Assembly: GCA_951406725.2 (NCBI GenBank)
Contig: OX597828.1
Span: 22,320,001 to 22,384,000, forward strand
Direction of reading: 5' to 3'
Source: Octopus vulgaris
Taxonomy: Eukaryota
Length of the DNA stretch: 64,000 nucleotides
In this document: positions 1 to 13,061 of the stretch, one piece after another
How the letters are laid out: every line of letters starts with the position of its first letter
Numbering within the stretch: position 1 is the first letter of the stretch
Notes under the pieces: model-generated
Told to the model about the DNA's origin: nothing
The model's input: only the letters and a program-made list of their open reading frames with translations
The model's database searches: none
Made by a program: the position numbers and the translations under genes

Positions 1-52
1 GTAGAAAACAACAGGAAGGTATTGTGCAAAGAAATGAAGATGGAATGCAACA

Positions 53-472
53 ATCTTTTCTACTCTAGGTACAGGGCCCGAAATGGTGAGGGAGGCGGAC
101 CAGTCGATTAGATTGACCCCAGTACGCAACTGGTACTTAATTTATCGACCCCCGAAGAATGAAAAGCAAAGTCGACATCGACGGAATTTGAACTCAGAAC
201 CTAAAGACAGACGAAATACCGCTAAGCTTTCCGACCGGCGGACTAACGTTTCTGCCAGCTCGCCGCCTTACACTTGGTAATATTCTTTTCTACTCTAGGC
301 ACAAAGACCAGAGGTTTGGGGGAGGGGGCCAGCCGATTAGATCGACCCCAGTACGCAATTGGTACTAAATTTATCGACTCCGGAAGGACGAAAAGACCGT
401 GGCGGAATTTGAACAGACGAAATACTGCTAAGCATATCGCCCGTGTGCTAACGTTTCTGCCAGCTCGTTGCC
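53..472 (-). mobile_element. Two adjacent copies of tRNA-derived SINE family A
   Basis: The minus strand shows a Pol III-like head (ggcgagctggcagaaacgttag, gagttcaaattcc) and the body gtcgactttgc..ttcatcctt..ggggtcgataaattaagtaccag, which recurs more than 10 times in the window. Confidence 0.9.
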
Positions 473-631
473 TAGGACGGAATGTAATAATGAAGAAAAT
501 GAGGGGCTGGAGTAATGAGTGCGTATATCCATATACATATATATACACACTCACATATATATATCCACACACCTACACATATATTTATATATACACATGT
601 ATACTACGTTATGTATGTTTATGGCTGAATA

Positions 632-734
<103 letters not shown>

Positions 735-758
735 GTGTGTGTGATTGTGTATAGAAGA

Positions 759-1077
759 ATATATTAATAAAAGGAATTCCAATCTTGTCTGATTTTCACG
801 TTTTATTTACAATCTTATAATGATATATTATAAGATAATATATTATAATAGAATAAAATAAAATAAAATAGTAGAATGTTAAATGTTCATTCTGATTGAA
901 CTAGTACTTTCATGCATTCAATTCTGCAATCTTCGGGTTCATGTAGTAGTGGTGACAGTCATGCTTAAAATTGTTTTATTTTATTTTATTCTATTATAAT
1001 ATATTATCTTATAATATATCATTATAAGATTGTAAATAAAACGTGAAAATCAGACAAGGTTGGAATTCCTTTTATTA

Positions 1078-1083
<6 letters not shown>
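759..1083. mobile_element. Fold-back element: ~110-bp inverted arms (759-868 / 974-1083) around a ~105-bp spacer; probably Penelope-derived
   Basis: The arms are reverse complements with one mismatch seen (ccaatcttgtc vs gacaaggttgg). The right arm runs into (TA)n. Confidence 0.85.
897..941 (-). ncRNA. Type I hammerhead ribozyme motif (U4C variant)
   Basis: Minus strand reads ugaac-CCGAAGA-u-ugca(gaauugaa)ugca-u-GAAA-guac-UA-guuca: 5-bp stem I, 4-bp stem II, palindromic stem III (aguacu). Confidence 0.7.
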
Positions 1084-1112
<29 letters not shown>

Positions 1113-1138
1113 TATATGTGTGTAAGTATGTGCATGTA

Positions 1139-1201
<63 letters not shown>

Positions 1202-1991
1202 TCGTGTGTATGAGCGCGTAAATATATGTTCACAGACTCGTAGGCAAAGAGGAAACATGGTTGACACAATTCTATACAGAAACCCTTTACATGGTGAGAA
1301 AAAAAGCAAAGGAAAAAAACAAAACAAAATGAACTGTTAAAAAACAGACGAGATATAAAAACGAGAGAAGAAACCAGACAAACTATACGTTTTAAACTAG
1401 TAGATATATAGATAGAGGGAGAGAGGGGAGGGGGGAGAGACAGAGCTAGATAGACAGAGGGGGAGAGATAGGCATAGAACAGATTTGAGAAAATAGTACA
1501 CTGATAGAAGCAGCGAAAAAAAAAAAGCTGTTTCTAACAGTAACACTAATATCTGATGAAGTCAGAATACTGTGACGTTTATTCCTCGTTATTTAATAGC
1601 GATCATGTTTATCTTCAATTATCTCTTATATAGCGAGATGTACAAATGTGTCGAGATATCCAGCTCCACAAAAACATGTACCTCTCTCTCACTCTCACAC
1701 CCTCTCTCTCTCTCTCTCTCTCTTTCTATCTCTACCCCGCTGTGCCTCTCTCTCTCTCTCTCTCTCACTCTCTACTTCCCTCTCTTGCACGTATATATTA
1801 AAAGAACATCAAATTTAATCAAATATGCATTACGGTGCAGCACAATATATCTTCGTCGTCAGCGATTACAAGTGTATATGCGTATATACACACACGCACA
1901 TACACACATGCACACACTCTCAGGCACACATACTCACATACACATACATGTTTAGTCCTTGCGTATAGTAAATATATATATAAATATATAC

Positions 1992-2047
<56 letters not shown>

Positions 2048-2170
2048 GCGTATAAACATATATATGTATGTATCTTTATGTAAGTATGTATGTAAGATTA
2101 TGTATGTACGTTTATATACACGTGTAGATCTATATAGACATATACGTACATGCATATATATATATATGAG

Positions 2171-2260
2171 TATGTCTGCCTGCTAGAAATAACAGTCAAA
2201 ACACATATTTAAATCGCGATTTGAATAAGTTTTGACTGTTATTTCCAGCTGGCAGACATA
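2171..2260. repeat. ~90-bp near-perfect palindrome (MITE-like fold-back)
   Basis: tatgtctgcc.gct.gaaataacagtcaaaac...aaatcg|cgattt...gttttgactgttatttc.agc.ggcagacata, with TA at both ends. Confidence 0.8.
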
Positions 2261-2471
2261 CGCAGTATGTCCTTTGATTAATTTTAATTCTAATCCTTTA
2301 GCTATTCAATTCATTTGTTGGGCCAGTATATTATTGGTCGCGTATATTATTAATTAAGTTATTATCATTTTAAAAATAGTCATTCCAGATAATAACAAAA
2401 TTAATAATATCTTAGCAAATTAAATTTCGTGAATTTATATTTTTCTCGCGAATTGTTTGCCCCTGTATGTG

Positions 2472-2519
<48 letters not shown>

Positions 2520-3434
2520 ACACACACACGCACACACACATACACATATTTGCATATGCATATACACAAAAGAAACCACAAATGTGAAACTCTCTACTTC
2601 ATATATACTCATAAGTATATATATATGTATACATATTCAAAATAAGCAACAAGTTATCAAGTAGTGTTGCTGTACAACTGTTTCAAGCGACTCCATTTAA
2701 TTGGACAAAGCAATTGTTACATGAATTTAAATGCAATGCCATCTTCAGCTGCACAAATAAATACATAGAATTTTAACCAGTTGGACACATTAATATATTT
2801 TTTCTCGAATACTTTAACAGAGCACGAAGATGTCACAAAGTTATGTTGTCGCTATTGTAGCTGAGAATAGACTACACTTCCAAGAACGGCATGAAGCCCA
2901 TTGGGGTCATAATGTTGTAAAGGAATGCAATTCAGTTCTATTTCATTTATCTCTTTATCAACTACTAAATCTAAGACTAGAAGACTCTCTCTGTTTTCAG
3001 TAAAGGACAATGCTACGTATTGTCATACATAATGTCTATGTATCTCTTTTCATCAGAGAGGAAAGAAGACATGAGGAGTAGCCAATTGGATATAAAGTAA
3101 CTGTCTATAAAAAGAGACTGGGTACAGGAAGACTTTAAATCGTGATGTTAATTACCAGTTAAAGGGGCAAGACGTTAAGAAACCTAAGATGTTAATACAG
3201 AGGAAATTATTATTTTGGGGCACTATGGGTGATTGTATATAAACAATATTATTATGTTGTATAAAACAATATTGTTATGTCGTATAAAACTAAAATTTAA
3301 GATTTCCAAAAATAATATCGTAACCAAACACACACACATGACAGAATTAAATAGGCACATTTTTAATCATTAAAATTTATTTAAATCTGAAATTATCCAT
3401 TCAAATTATTTATCAATTATTATAATGTGAATAT

Positions 3435-3765
3435 CTAATATTTAGTTGACATGCCCTTTGCATTTATCAATACAAGGATCCTATAAGGCATGCTACTGAT
3501 CAGATGGGGAATCTCTTGCCAAGTTTCATGTAGTAATCTCAAAAGATCTGGCTTTGAAGATGCCTTCATGTTCCTTTTACCAGAGGTGTTGAATAGGTTT
3601 CATATCTGGTGGCTGGCTTTGTCATGGAAGTTTTTTAACGCCACTCTTTTCCAACCAATCTTGTGTCTTTCTAGCCGTGTGAGAAGGAGCCCCATATTCA
3701 ATAAATAAAGAGACTTTAATCGTTTTACCATTAGGAAAGATTGAAGGAGTCCTTTTTGCAATGAC
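3435..3765 (-). pseudogene. Tc1-like transposase C-terminal remnant
   Basis: With frameshifts and stops the minus strand reads APSHTARKTQDWLEKSGVKKLP*QSQPPDMKPIQHLW...TWQEIP..LISSMPYRILVLINAKGMSTKY*, matching the Tc1 motifs WPxQSPDLNPIEHLW and KGxxTKY. Confidence 0.85.
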
Positions 3766-3786
3766 ACATATTTATCTAAGTTTATG

Positions 3787-4200
3787 TTTCTTTACTACCC
3801 ACAAGGGGCCAAACACAGAGAGGACAAAGAAGGACAAACAAACGGATTAAGTCGATTATATCTACCCTAGTGTGTAACTGGCACTTATTTAATCGACCCC
3901 GAAAAGATGAAAGGGAAAGTCGACCTCTGCGGAATTTGAAGTCAGAACATAGCGGCAGACGAAATACCTATTTCTTTGCTATTCACAAGGGTTCAAATAC
4001 AGAGAGGACAAACACGGAAAGACAAACGGATTAAGTCGATTATATCGAAACCAGTGTGTAACTGGTACTTATTTAATCGACCCCGAAAGGATGAAAGGCA
4101 AAGTCGACCTCGGCGGAATTAGAATTCAGAACGTAGCGGCAAACGAAATACCGCTGAGCATTTCGCCCGACGTGCTAAACTTTCTGCCAGCTCGCCGCTT
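3787..4200 (-). mobile_element. SINE family A dimer
   Basis: Two head-to-tail units, joined at aaagaaata|ggtatttcgtc on the minus strand. Confidence 0.9.
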
Positions 4201-5217
4201 TGTATTTGTAAAGTTTTTTGATTGTATTTAGAAGGACAATCATATACTATCATGTCATCATGTTTTCCTGCTCTTCGCAAACGAGTTCTCTTATTCATCC
4301 TTATTTTTCCGATTTGTTTGTCGTTGAGTGTCCTCTCTACAGGTGGTCTTGTGCCAAATATCACGGGAACAAAAATACACGTCAGAATATGTACACAGAT
4401 ACACACACATGCAAATGCACATATACATTCACACACAAAATCTAACACACACTAAGAGATATATGCGTGTGTGTATGTGTGTGTATTTATATACTTCAAT
4501 GCATATACTCATGTACGTATTTAGAAATATATTTCAGTTTAGTGTATATATCTGTGTGTGTGTGTGTGTGATTTCATATGTAAGTATGTATACAGTTACA
4601 CATACATTCACACATAACGTCCACATGGCTGTTTGCTCTTTTGTTACGCAAAAAAAGAATTAGAATCTTAATATTTGTAACTGAACGAAAGTTTTCCGAA
4701 AATGTTTTATATACTTTTCTTCTTAGATTTCTCTCCCTCTCTCTTTCTCTCCGTCTTTGTCTCTCTCTCTCTCTCTCTTTCTCTCTTTCTCTTTCTCTCT
4801 TTTATTCCTATTTTTATACTACTTCTACAAAAACTCATTCTTTCTGTATATCACACGTCTTCTATACCTCAATCTCTGCATTACACATTACAATTTAGTT
4901 TCTATTTTTAATATTATCTGACCCGCACTCACTCCGTCACTTCATCTCTATATTCTTATCATTCCGAATCGCTCTATCTTTTACTACGTTTTCCTTTTCC
5001 TCACACTATCACTCTCTCACTGCATTCTACAATGTTGCAGTAGCTCTTTTTTTTTTTTTTATATATCGGTAAATGAAGATTTGTTTCTTCGTTGAAATAA
5101 ACATATTTTTGTATGAGTAAGTGTCTGTGTGTGCTTATGTGAAAATGACTGTAATATTAATGGTCATAAAGATGGTTGTACACTTGTAGCCGATGCGGTA
5201 GTGGTAGACGTGGCGAT

Positions 5218-5283
<66 letters not shown>

Positions 5284-5740
5284 GTCTGTCTGTCTATTTG
5301 TCTCTCTGTCTGTCTATCAATACATCCATGTTCCTATGTATCAATCTTTCTATCTGTGCTATCTGCATGTGTTTGTGCGTCTATGCGTGTGTATGATTGT
5401 GCATGCACGCATACATACATATATATATATAATATATATATATATACGTATATATACATATAAAATATACCTCTCTCTATTCTTTTCTTTTTTTATTTAT
5501 TTCAGTCATTTGACTGCGGCCATGCTGGAGCACCACCTTTAGTCGAGCATATCGACCCCAGGACTTATTATTTGTAAGCCTAGTACTTATTCTATTGGTC
5601 TCTCTTGCCTAACTACTAGATGACGGGGACGTAAACACACCAGCATCGGTTGTCAAGCGATGTTGGTGGGACAAACACAGACAAACAAACACACACCCAC
5701 ACATACACACATATATATATATAAATATATATATATATTT

Positions 5741-5849
5741 ATTTATTTTATAGAAGGAGCTTCTACAGGACTAGAACTGTTTCATTCAAAAGAAATCATC
5801 AGGAATGAAACAGTTCTAGTCCTGTAGAAGCTCCTTCTATAAAATAAAT
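5741..5849. repeat. Perfect 47-bp inverted repeat with a 15-nt loop
   Basis: 5741-5787 is the reverse complement of 5803-5849. Confidence 0.95.
5761..5805 (-). ncRNA. Type I hammerhead ribozyme motif
   Basis: Minus strand reads uuc-CUGAUGA-u-uuc(uuuu)gaa-u-GAAA-cag(uucuaguc)cug-UA-gaa: intact core and GUA triplet. Confidence 0.7.
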
Positions 5850-5914
5850 TAATTTACTCTGCTATGTATTGAGCACCTTATTTACTGTGGTTAACCCCGA
5901 CTCAACCCGGGACC

Positions 5915-5970
<56 letters not shown>

Positions 5971-6827
5971 CGACGGGCTTCTTTCAGTTTCCGTCTACCC
6001 AAATCCACTCACTAGGCCTTTGTCGGCCTGAGGCTATAGTAGAAGACACTTGCCCAAGGTGCCACGTAGTGGGACTGAACTCAGAACTATGTAGTTGGTA
6101 AGCAAGCTACTTACCACACAGTCACTCCTGTCTATGTATATATATATTATTTACATATGTATATATGTGTGTGTGGGTGTATGTGTACCTATGTGTCTGT
6201 GTGACTCGTGAGTAGACGTGAGTGACTGCGTGATTACATGTATACATACAAGTATAAATGCATGTGTAAATATATATATACACACATATATACATATTAA
6301 TGTATGTGTGTGTATATACATATATGTGTATATATGTGTGAGGGGGTTATGTATATACGCACATACATATAAAAGATATGTTAGTTGAAAGAGAGAGAGA
6401 GAGAGAGAGCGAGAAAGTGAGTGAGTAAGAGAAAGAGAGAGAGTGAGAGAAAGAGGGAGAGTGAGAGAAAGGAAGCGATAAGAAATATGTGTAATGATCT
6501 GTTCTACTTGACATCATCGATATAGACATGGAGAGCAGTTTTCTATCAGTGGCCATCTTTATGATAAACCAAATATATTTAGAGTTATCAAATGTCTGTC
6601 TGGTTGAGCATTAGTAAACTATTTCAAGATATGAATTATGTAAGAAAAAATGAATAAAAAGCACGAAAGAAATTGGGGGAAAAATGCTACGTAGATTTGA
6701 ATTAGAAAAGTAGTAAGCTATGCTTAAATATATTTCATAAAATTATATTATTAAAAATCTTATAATTTGAATCCCTATACTTGACTTCAGCGCCCGCTAA
6801 ATATTTACATATGAGATGCAGGTATTG

Positions 6828-7026
6828 TCTTCTTCTTCTTCTTCTTCTTCTTCTTCTTCTTCTTCTTCTTCTTCTTCTTCTTCTTCTTCTTTTTCTTCTT
6901 CTTCTTCTTCTTCTTCTTCTTCTTCTTCTTCTTCTTCTTCTTCTTCTTCTTCTTCTCCTCCTCCTCCTCCTCCCTTCTTCTTCTTCTTCTTCTTCTTCTT
7001 CTTCTTCTTCTTCTTCTTCTTCTTCT
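6828..7026. repeat. (CTT)n/(CCT)n compound microsatellite
   Basis: Direct trinucleotide runs. Confidence 0.99.
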
Positions 7027-7029
7027 CAC

Positions 7030-7410
7030 AATCAGGACTCACGCCATCAACCACAAAGAATAATCTCTAATTCGAGTCTACTCTAAGCTACTAAGATTGC
7101 GTGTGGCAACTTGAAGATCCACCCACCACACGCAATAGCCTGGCGGTTGCACGGGCGCGAATGCTACGTTCTTATCCTCATTTCGTAAAAGGTGGCTTTT
7201 AGCGGGTGGAGAGCTGAACCACCGTGGGTTACAAAGGATTCGCAATCTAGACTAGGGTCTGAAAGTTTACCACACCATAGTGGATCACACTATGGTTCCT
7301 CTGCTTTGTGGCAGAAGTAGGAAGAAAGAGTGAGAGAAAGTTGTGGTGAAAGAGTACAGCGGGGTTCACCACTACCCCGCAGGAGCCTTGTGGAGCTTAG
7401 ATGTTTTTGC
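7030..7410 (-). mobile_element. 5'-truncated SINE family C with a distinct hairpin-rich tail ending in (GAA)n
   Basis: 7320-7410 matches the family C body (gagagaaagttgtggtgaaagagtacagc). Tail hairpins: ccatagtg/cactatgg and attgcgtgtgg/ccacacgcaat. Confidence 0.7.
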
Positions 7411-7748
7411 TTGACAACTGACGTTAGTTTATTTACGTCCTTAAATCACAGATGCTCAGCAAAAGAGATCAGTAGAATATGTAATCTTAACGAAATAACA
7501 AAAAAAAAAAGGACTGTATCGATTTGTTTGAATAAACTGTTTTTTACAGAATGTCCAAATATGGACATTCTGCGGCTGTCTAGGGATTATGTTCTATAAT
7601 AACTTATCTCTCATATGCATTGTTTTAAAATAATATCCTCGTAATGTTATATAATATTTTTGAAAATAAATTTGTAATACTTTATCTCTCATATGTGTTA
7701 TATTAAAATAATATCCCCTTAGCAATATCAATTTAACCTTAAATTCTT

Positions 7749-7798
<50 letters not shown>

Positions 7799-7806
7799 AG
7801 AACTCT

Positions 7807-7869
<63 letters not shown>

Positions 7870-8071
7870 TATATATATATTTGCCCAATTTGTTTTATGT
7901 TATCGGTTTTCAATTAACCAACTATAACAAATTCAAGACCTTTTAAAACAATAGATGATCAATTAGATTACGCGACTGAACAAAAGTAACCCTTCCCCAC
8001 TTCCTGCAGGATTTCAACTACTCCGTCAACAAAAGATAACGGAGAAATAAACATATTACATATTTATATGA

Positions 8072-8117
<46 letters not shown>

Positions 8118-8122
8118 ATTTC

Positions 8123-8156
<34 letters not shown>

Positions 8157-8598
8157 TGTTCCTTTTTGTATCACCTAGTTGTCCGGATGTTTTGCGTTCT
8201 TGTCCCATTTTGTATTATATATATATATATATGTATAGGCATAGGCATATGTGTGTATTCTTCATGTATATACAGTTTCACTCTTACATAACTAAAATAA
8301 TCTTAAGATATATTGATTTTATAAATTACAATATTACTCCTCTTATAATAACTTCCTCATACCTCTGTTTATATTTTATCTAATATGAATAATATTATGC
8401 ATGTTATAATAATAATAATTGATTCAATTGCTCGCATATACATACACATATGCATGTACATTTAAGTGTAGGTATATGTATTGATATATATTTAGGTATA
8501 TGTATTGATATACATTTATGTATATGTATGTAAATGGAAAAGTATGTATATATGTGTGTATTTATAATTTATAACTTAAAGTTATGTACTTTCTAAAA

Positions 8599-8720
8599 TC
8601 TCTGACGAAGCCTCGAGTAACACTCAAGTACCTCCATTTCATCTACTAATTACTTCAGTCCACTAGAAGGATAAGAGTAGTATGAGGTATTATTGCCTCT
8701 TGGGTCAAACAGCTATAAGA
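8599..8720 (+). ncRNA. Degenerate hammerhead motif with a long stem II
   Basis: ucu-CUGACGA-~98-nt structured insert-(G missing)AAA-cagcua-UA-aga, within a TA-flanked cassette. Confidence 0.45.
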
Positions 8721-8935
8721 TAATATCCCACTTTCTGTTGGTCTATGTTATATATGTTAATAATTACTGATATTTTTACATTTTATATATTATATATGTA
8801 AAGCATTTGTTAGACATGTATGAATGTATGTATATTGTTATAATTGTCTTTTTAGTAAATAAATAAATTGTCTAAAAGTTGATGAACACCACCTATTGAT
8901 CCCCTCCATTTTCTTATTGCTCTCTCTCTCTCTCT

Positions 8936-8972
<37 letters not shown>

Positions 8973-9619
8973 TACGGACGTGTGCATGTATCAGCATCTG
9001 TATCCGTGTATCTGAATATTTTATCGTTCATCCTAAACTTTATCGTTCTATATTCGGTCATATTTCTACGTTCGTAATAGGACACGCAAGTCGTTAAAGA
9101 TTGAAGCAAATCCAATCTCTCGACGACGGCTATAATATTTATTGACTGTTTTTTTTTTTTCGTTTTGGTTTTCTTAAAGGCAAAATTTATAGCTACAAAT
9201 TTTCGTTTGCTAGATTTCGACTCCATCCATATTATATTTTGCTTCTCAGATGTTGTTATTCGTCTTCTATAGATCATTCCAATGTCGTCTGCCTGCCTTT
9301 ACGTTTCTTCTCTCATGTTTCCGATTTTCTGAGAATTGCTAAGTTCTTTATTTCTGTTTCAATGTTCGTTTCAGTATTTATCCCGAGTCTACTTGTTAAT
9401 TACTTCATCCTTAACCTTTCCCCCCCCCCTAAACATGTTGCTTTTTATCGTACATAAAATATTATTCTATATCAAAAGTGACTTCAAGTCGTTGAGCTGT
9501 CTGTATGGTCATCACACTGGACAAGATGCTTTACCACAATTCTCCGGCTTTGCGTTCTGATTTAACATTTTGTCAAGGACTTTTCCTTTTTAACATTTCG
9601 TAGTAGATAAAATAAGTAC

Positions 9620-9850
9620 TTATTTCTTTATTGCCCACAAGCGGCTAAACACAGAGGGGACAAACAAGGACAGACATAGGTATTAAGTCGATTACATCGA
9701 CCCCAGTGCGTAACTGGTACTTAATTTATCGACCCCGAAAGGATGAAAGGCAAAGTCGACCTCGGCGGAATTTGAACTCAACGTAGCGGCAGACGAAATA
9801 CCGCTAAGCATTTCGCCCGGCGTGCTAACGTTTCTGCCAGCTCGCCGCCT
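9620..9850 (-). mobile_element. Young SINE A with a 15-bp TSD, inserted in an older opposite-strand SINE A
   Basis: TSD agataaaataagtac at 9605-9619 and 9851-9865; the flanks (~9530-9940) resemble degenerate family A. Confidence 0.9.
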
Positions 9851-10671
9851 AGATAAAATAAGTACCGTTTGAGTACTTGGATAGTCGTAATCAACTAACC
9901 ACTGCCCCATTATGTAAGCCTTGTGCCTATAGTAAACAGTATATCAGAAGCGACATACCATGACTTTTATATTATTTTCAGCGAGGTATGTTTCAAACTG
10001 CCATTCTATCTCACGCGCTATATAGATTTCTTATTTCATTGTATGTATAACAATGTAGCATTGTTATTCCTACATTAATATTTGACATGCATGTAGACAA
10101 TTTTGAACAATGAATTTGTTCTGGTGTCTGCAACGTGATATAATATATTTTTATACTTTTCAGAAATCACAATAAACATGCAGTTATTATTCACGTGTCA
10201 TTAGCATTGTTGTTTTTGAAAATGTAGGGCATATTCAATGTGAATGTTTATAATCCACAATTCTATCTGTCTATACATTGAGCAATCCTGGCGTCTCCCA
10301 AGTGAAATTAGGCAACATAGGTTTGAAACGAGCATGTTTATAAAGTAAACTAGGAGACAAAGAATCTATTGAGAAATGTGATATTTCTCTAAACGTATCA
10401 ATTGAGTATCATAACAAATGAGATTTCAATTTTTCTTTGCAAATCAAAATATCCTTTATAATACAGAAGCATTTTCATAAGATATAACTTACAACGAACA
10501 ATTAATTGAAGAAGCATATCTCTTCCAACAGTTATCACTGTATATACAAATATTACGTATGAGCATATTCTTATATGTGTGTGTGTTTGTGTTTTTTTTT
10601 GCGCGCACGTGCACGTGTGTGTGTATGAGTGTGCATGTCTGTACCTTCATATATATATGTATATACATATA

Positions 10672-10716
<45 letters not shown>

Positions 10717-10764
10717 GTGTATATATGTATAAATAGATAAGCAAATATAGATTGGTTGATGGAA

Positions 10765-10806
<42 letters not shown>

Positions 10807-11015
10807 GCACAGACACGCACAGACACACACACACACACATATGTAAGATACATGAGTATATGTAAACAAATGCATGTCTTTATATCTGTATATGTATGCA
10901 CACATTTCAAAGAATATATACATACATGTATGTACATGTATATATACGTAAGCATCCACATATATGTAAATGTACACTCATGTATAAAGATGTATATACA
11001 TACACACACACACAT

Positions 11016-11061
<46 letters not shown>

Positions 11062-11737
11062 ATATGTATATTTATATATACTCACACTTACATATATATA
11101 CGTATGTATGTTGACATGTTTGCACACATCGGTTTATGCGTGTTTGTACGTATGAGTGTACCTGTTTGTGTCTGTGTGTGTCTGTTTGTGTGTGTGTGTG
11201 AGTGTGTTTGTACGTGTGTGTGTGTGTGTGTGCGGGTTTCGTGTAGGTATTTATCCAATTAAATAACGGAATTAAGTTGTAAGATAGGAAGTAAACAATT
11301 AAACCGATACGAAGAAAACTCTATTAAACATCTGCTATTGTGCTGAATCTCATTATACCAAATGTTCTAAATATAATTTTACAATAGCAAAAGTTTCATT
11401 TTGAATGGTGTATTGTACACAAAGCTCGCTTCCCCTATATATATATGTGTGATGCGTGTATGCACACACGGGCACACACACGCACACACGGACACACACA
11501 CACATATACTTTCAAACATAAACATGCGTATTCATTTTTTGTTTGTGGTATTTTCTCGATATGTTTTTCATTGAGATATTTGCGTCAACTGTATGGCATA
11601 GATTATTCAGCATGTAATAACAAAATACTATGCCTTTCTTAATTTTAAATATTTATATAGATTTTAATTGCTGAGGAAACTCTCTATATTCATTATATAT
11701 ATATACATACATATATATATATATGTATGTATATATG

Positions 11738-11802
<65 letters not shown>

Positions 11803-12291
11803 GTGTCTGTGTATGTATGTATGTATGTATGTATGTATGTATGTATAATGTATCCATTATTGAAACATGTACTACATTCCTTCAAAGAACTTTATTTACA
11901 TATTTTGCATATACACATATGGACATACGCACACACACGCACCCTTACACACGCGAACACTTATATATAGATATATACATAAATCTTCTATTCAAATGTT
12001 GGTAAGAGGCCGTTAATTCGGTGGATGGGTTAAGTCGATCACCAATATCGAACTGGTATTTATTTATTTCATATAATCTTTTCCAATATGGACACAAGGC
12101 CTGAAATTTTGGTGGAATAGTGCTAGTTTATTACATCTACTCCAGTGCATAATTGGCACTCATTTCTTCGAACGCGAAATAAGGAGAGTCAAAATTGATC
12201 TCGGCGAAATTTGCATTCTGATCGTATAGACGAACGAAATGCCACCAAGCAATTTGTACAGCGTACAACCGATTCTGTCAACTCACCGCTA

Positions 12292-13061
12292 TAATCTTTT
12301 CTACTCTAGGCACAAGGCCTGAAAATTTTGGGGAGGGGGCCAGTCGATTAGATCAACCCCAGTACGCAAATGGTACTTAATTTATCGTCCCCGAAGGGAT
12401 AAATGGCAAAGTCGACCTCGGTGAAATTTGAACTCAGAAGTTACAGACAGACGAAATACCCATTTCTTTACTACCCATAAGGGACTAAAAACAGAGGAGA
12501 CAAACAAGGACAGATAGACGGATTAAGTCGATTATATCGACCCCAGTGCGTAACCGGTACTTAATTTATCGACCCCGAAAGGAGAAAAGGCAAAGTCGAC
12601 CTCGGCAGAATTTGAAATCAGAACGTAACGGCAGACGAAATACCTATTTCTTTACTACCCATAAGGGACTAAAAACAGAGGAGACAAACAAGGACAGACA
12701 GACGGATTAAGTCGATTATATCGACCCCAGTGCGTAACCGGTACTTAATTTATCGACCCCGAAAGGAGAAAAGGCAAAGTCGACCTCGGCAGAATTTGAA
12801 ATCAGAACGTAACGGCAGACGAAAGACCTATTTCTTTACTACCCACAAGGGGCTAAACACAGAAAGGACAAATAAGAACAGACAAACGGATTAAGTCGAT
12901 TATATCGACCCCAGTGCGTAACTGTTACTTATTTAATTGACCCCGAAAAGATGAAAGGCAAAGTGGACCTCGGCGTAATTTGAACTCAGAACGTAGCGGC
13001 AGACGAGATACCGCTAAGCATTTCGCCCGGCGTGCTAAGGTTTCTGCCAGCTCGCCGTCTT
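12292..13061 (-). mobile_element. SINE A tetramer (184-bp period) with a 12-bp TSD
   Basis: Unit starts at 12462, 12646 and 12830; TSD aactcaccgcta at 12280-12291 and 13062-13073; an older SINE A lies at ~12075-12291. Confidence 0.9.

Larger units (their letters stand above)
5500..6130 (-). mobile_element. tRNA-derived SINE family B (CORE-like central motif, internal TA/CA microsatellite) carrying a nested insert
   Basis: Minus-strand head gagtg.ctgtgtggtaagtagcttgc..gttcagtccc, CORE-like ggcaccttgggcaagtgtctt, and tail ccagcatggccgcagtcaaatgactgaa; many copies in the window. Confidence 0.9.

Noticed and set aside
1550-1582. CTGATGA followed by a gtca/tgac stem
   Set aside because: The stem is followed by gttt rather than GAAA, and there is no stem III or cleavage triplet.
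12292-13061. Regular repeats that might suggest a CRISPR array (also 18443-19015)
   Set aside because: Units are 184-192 bp, have no unique spacers and derive from SINEs; the context is eukaryotic with no cas genes.
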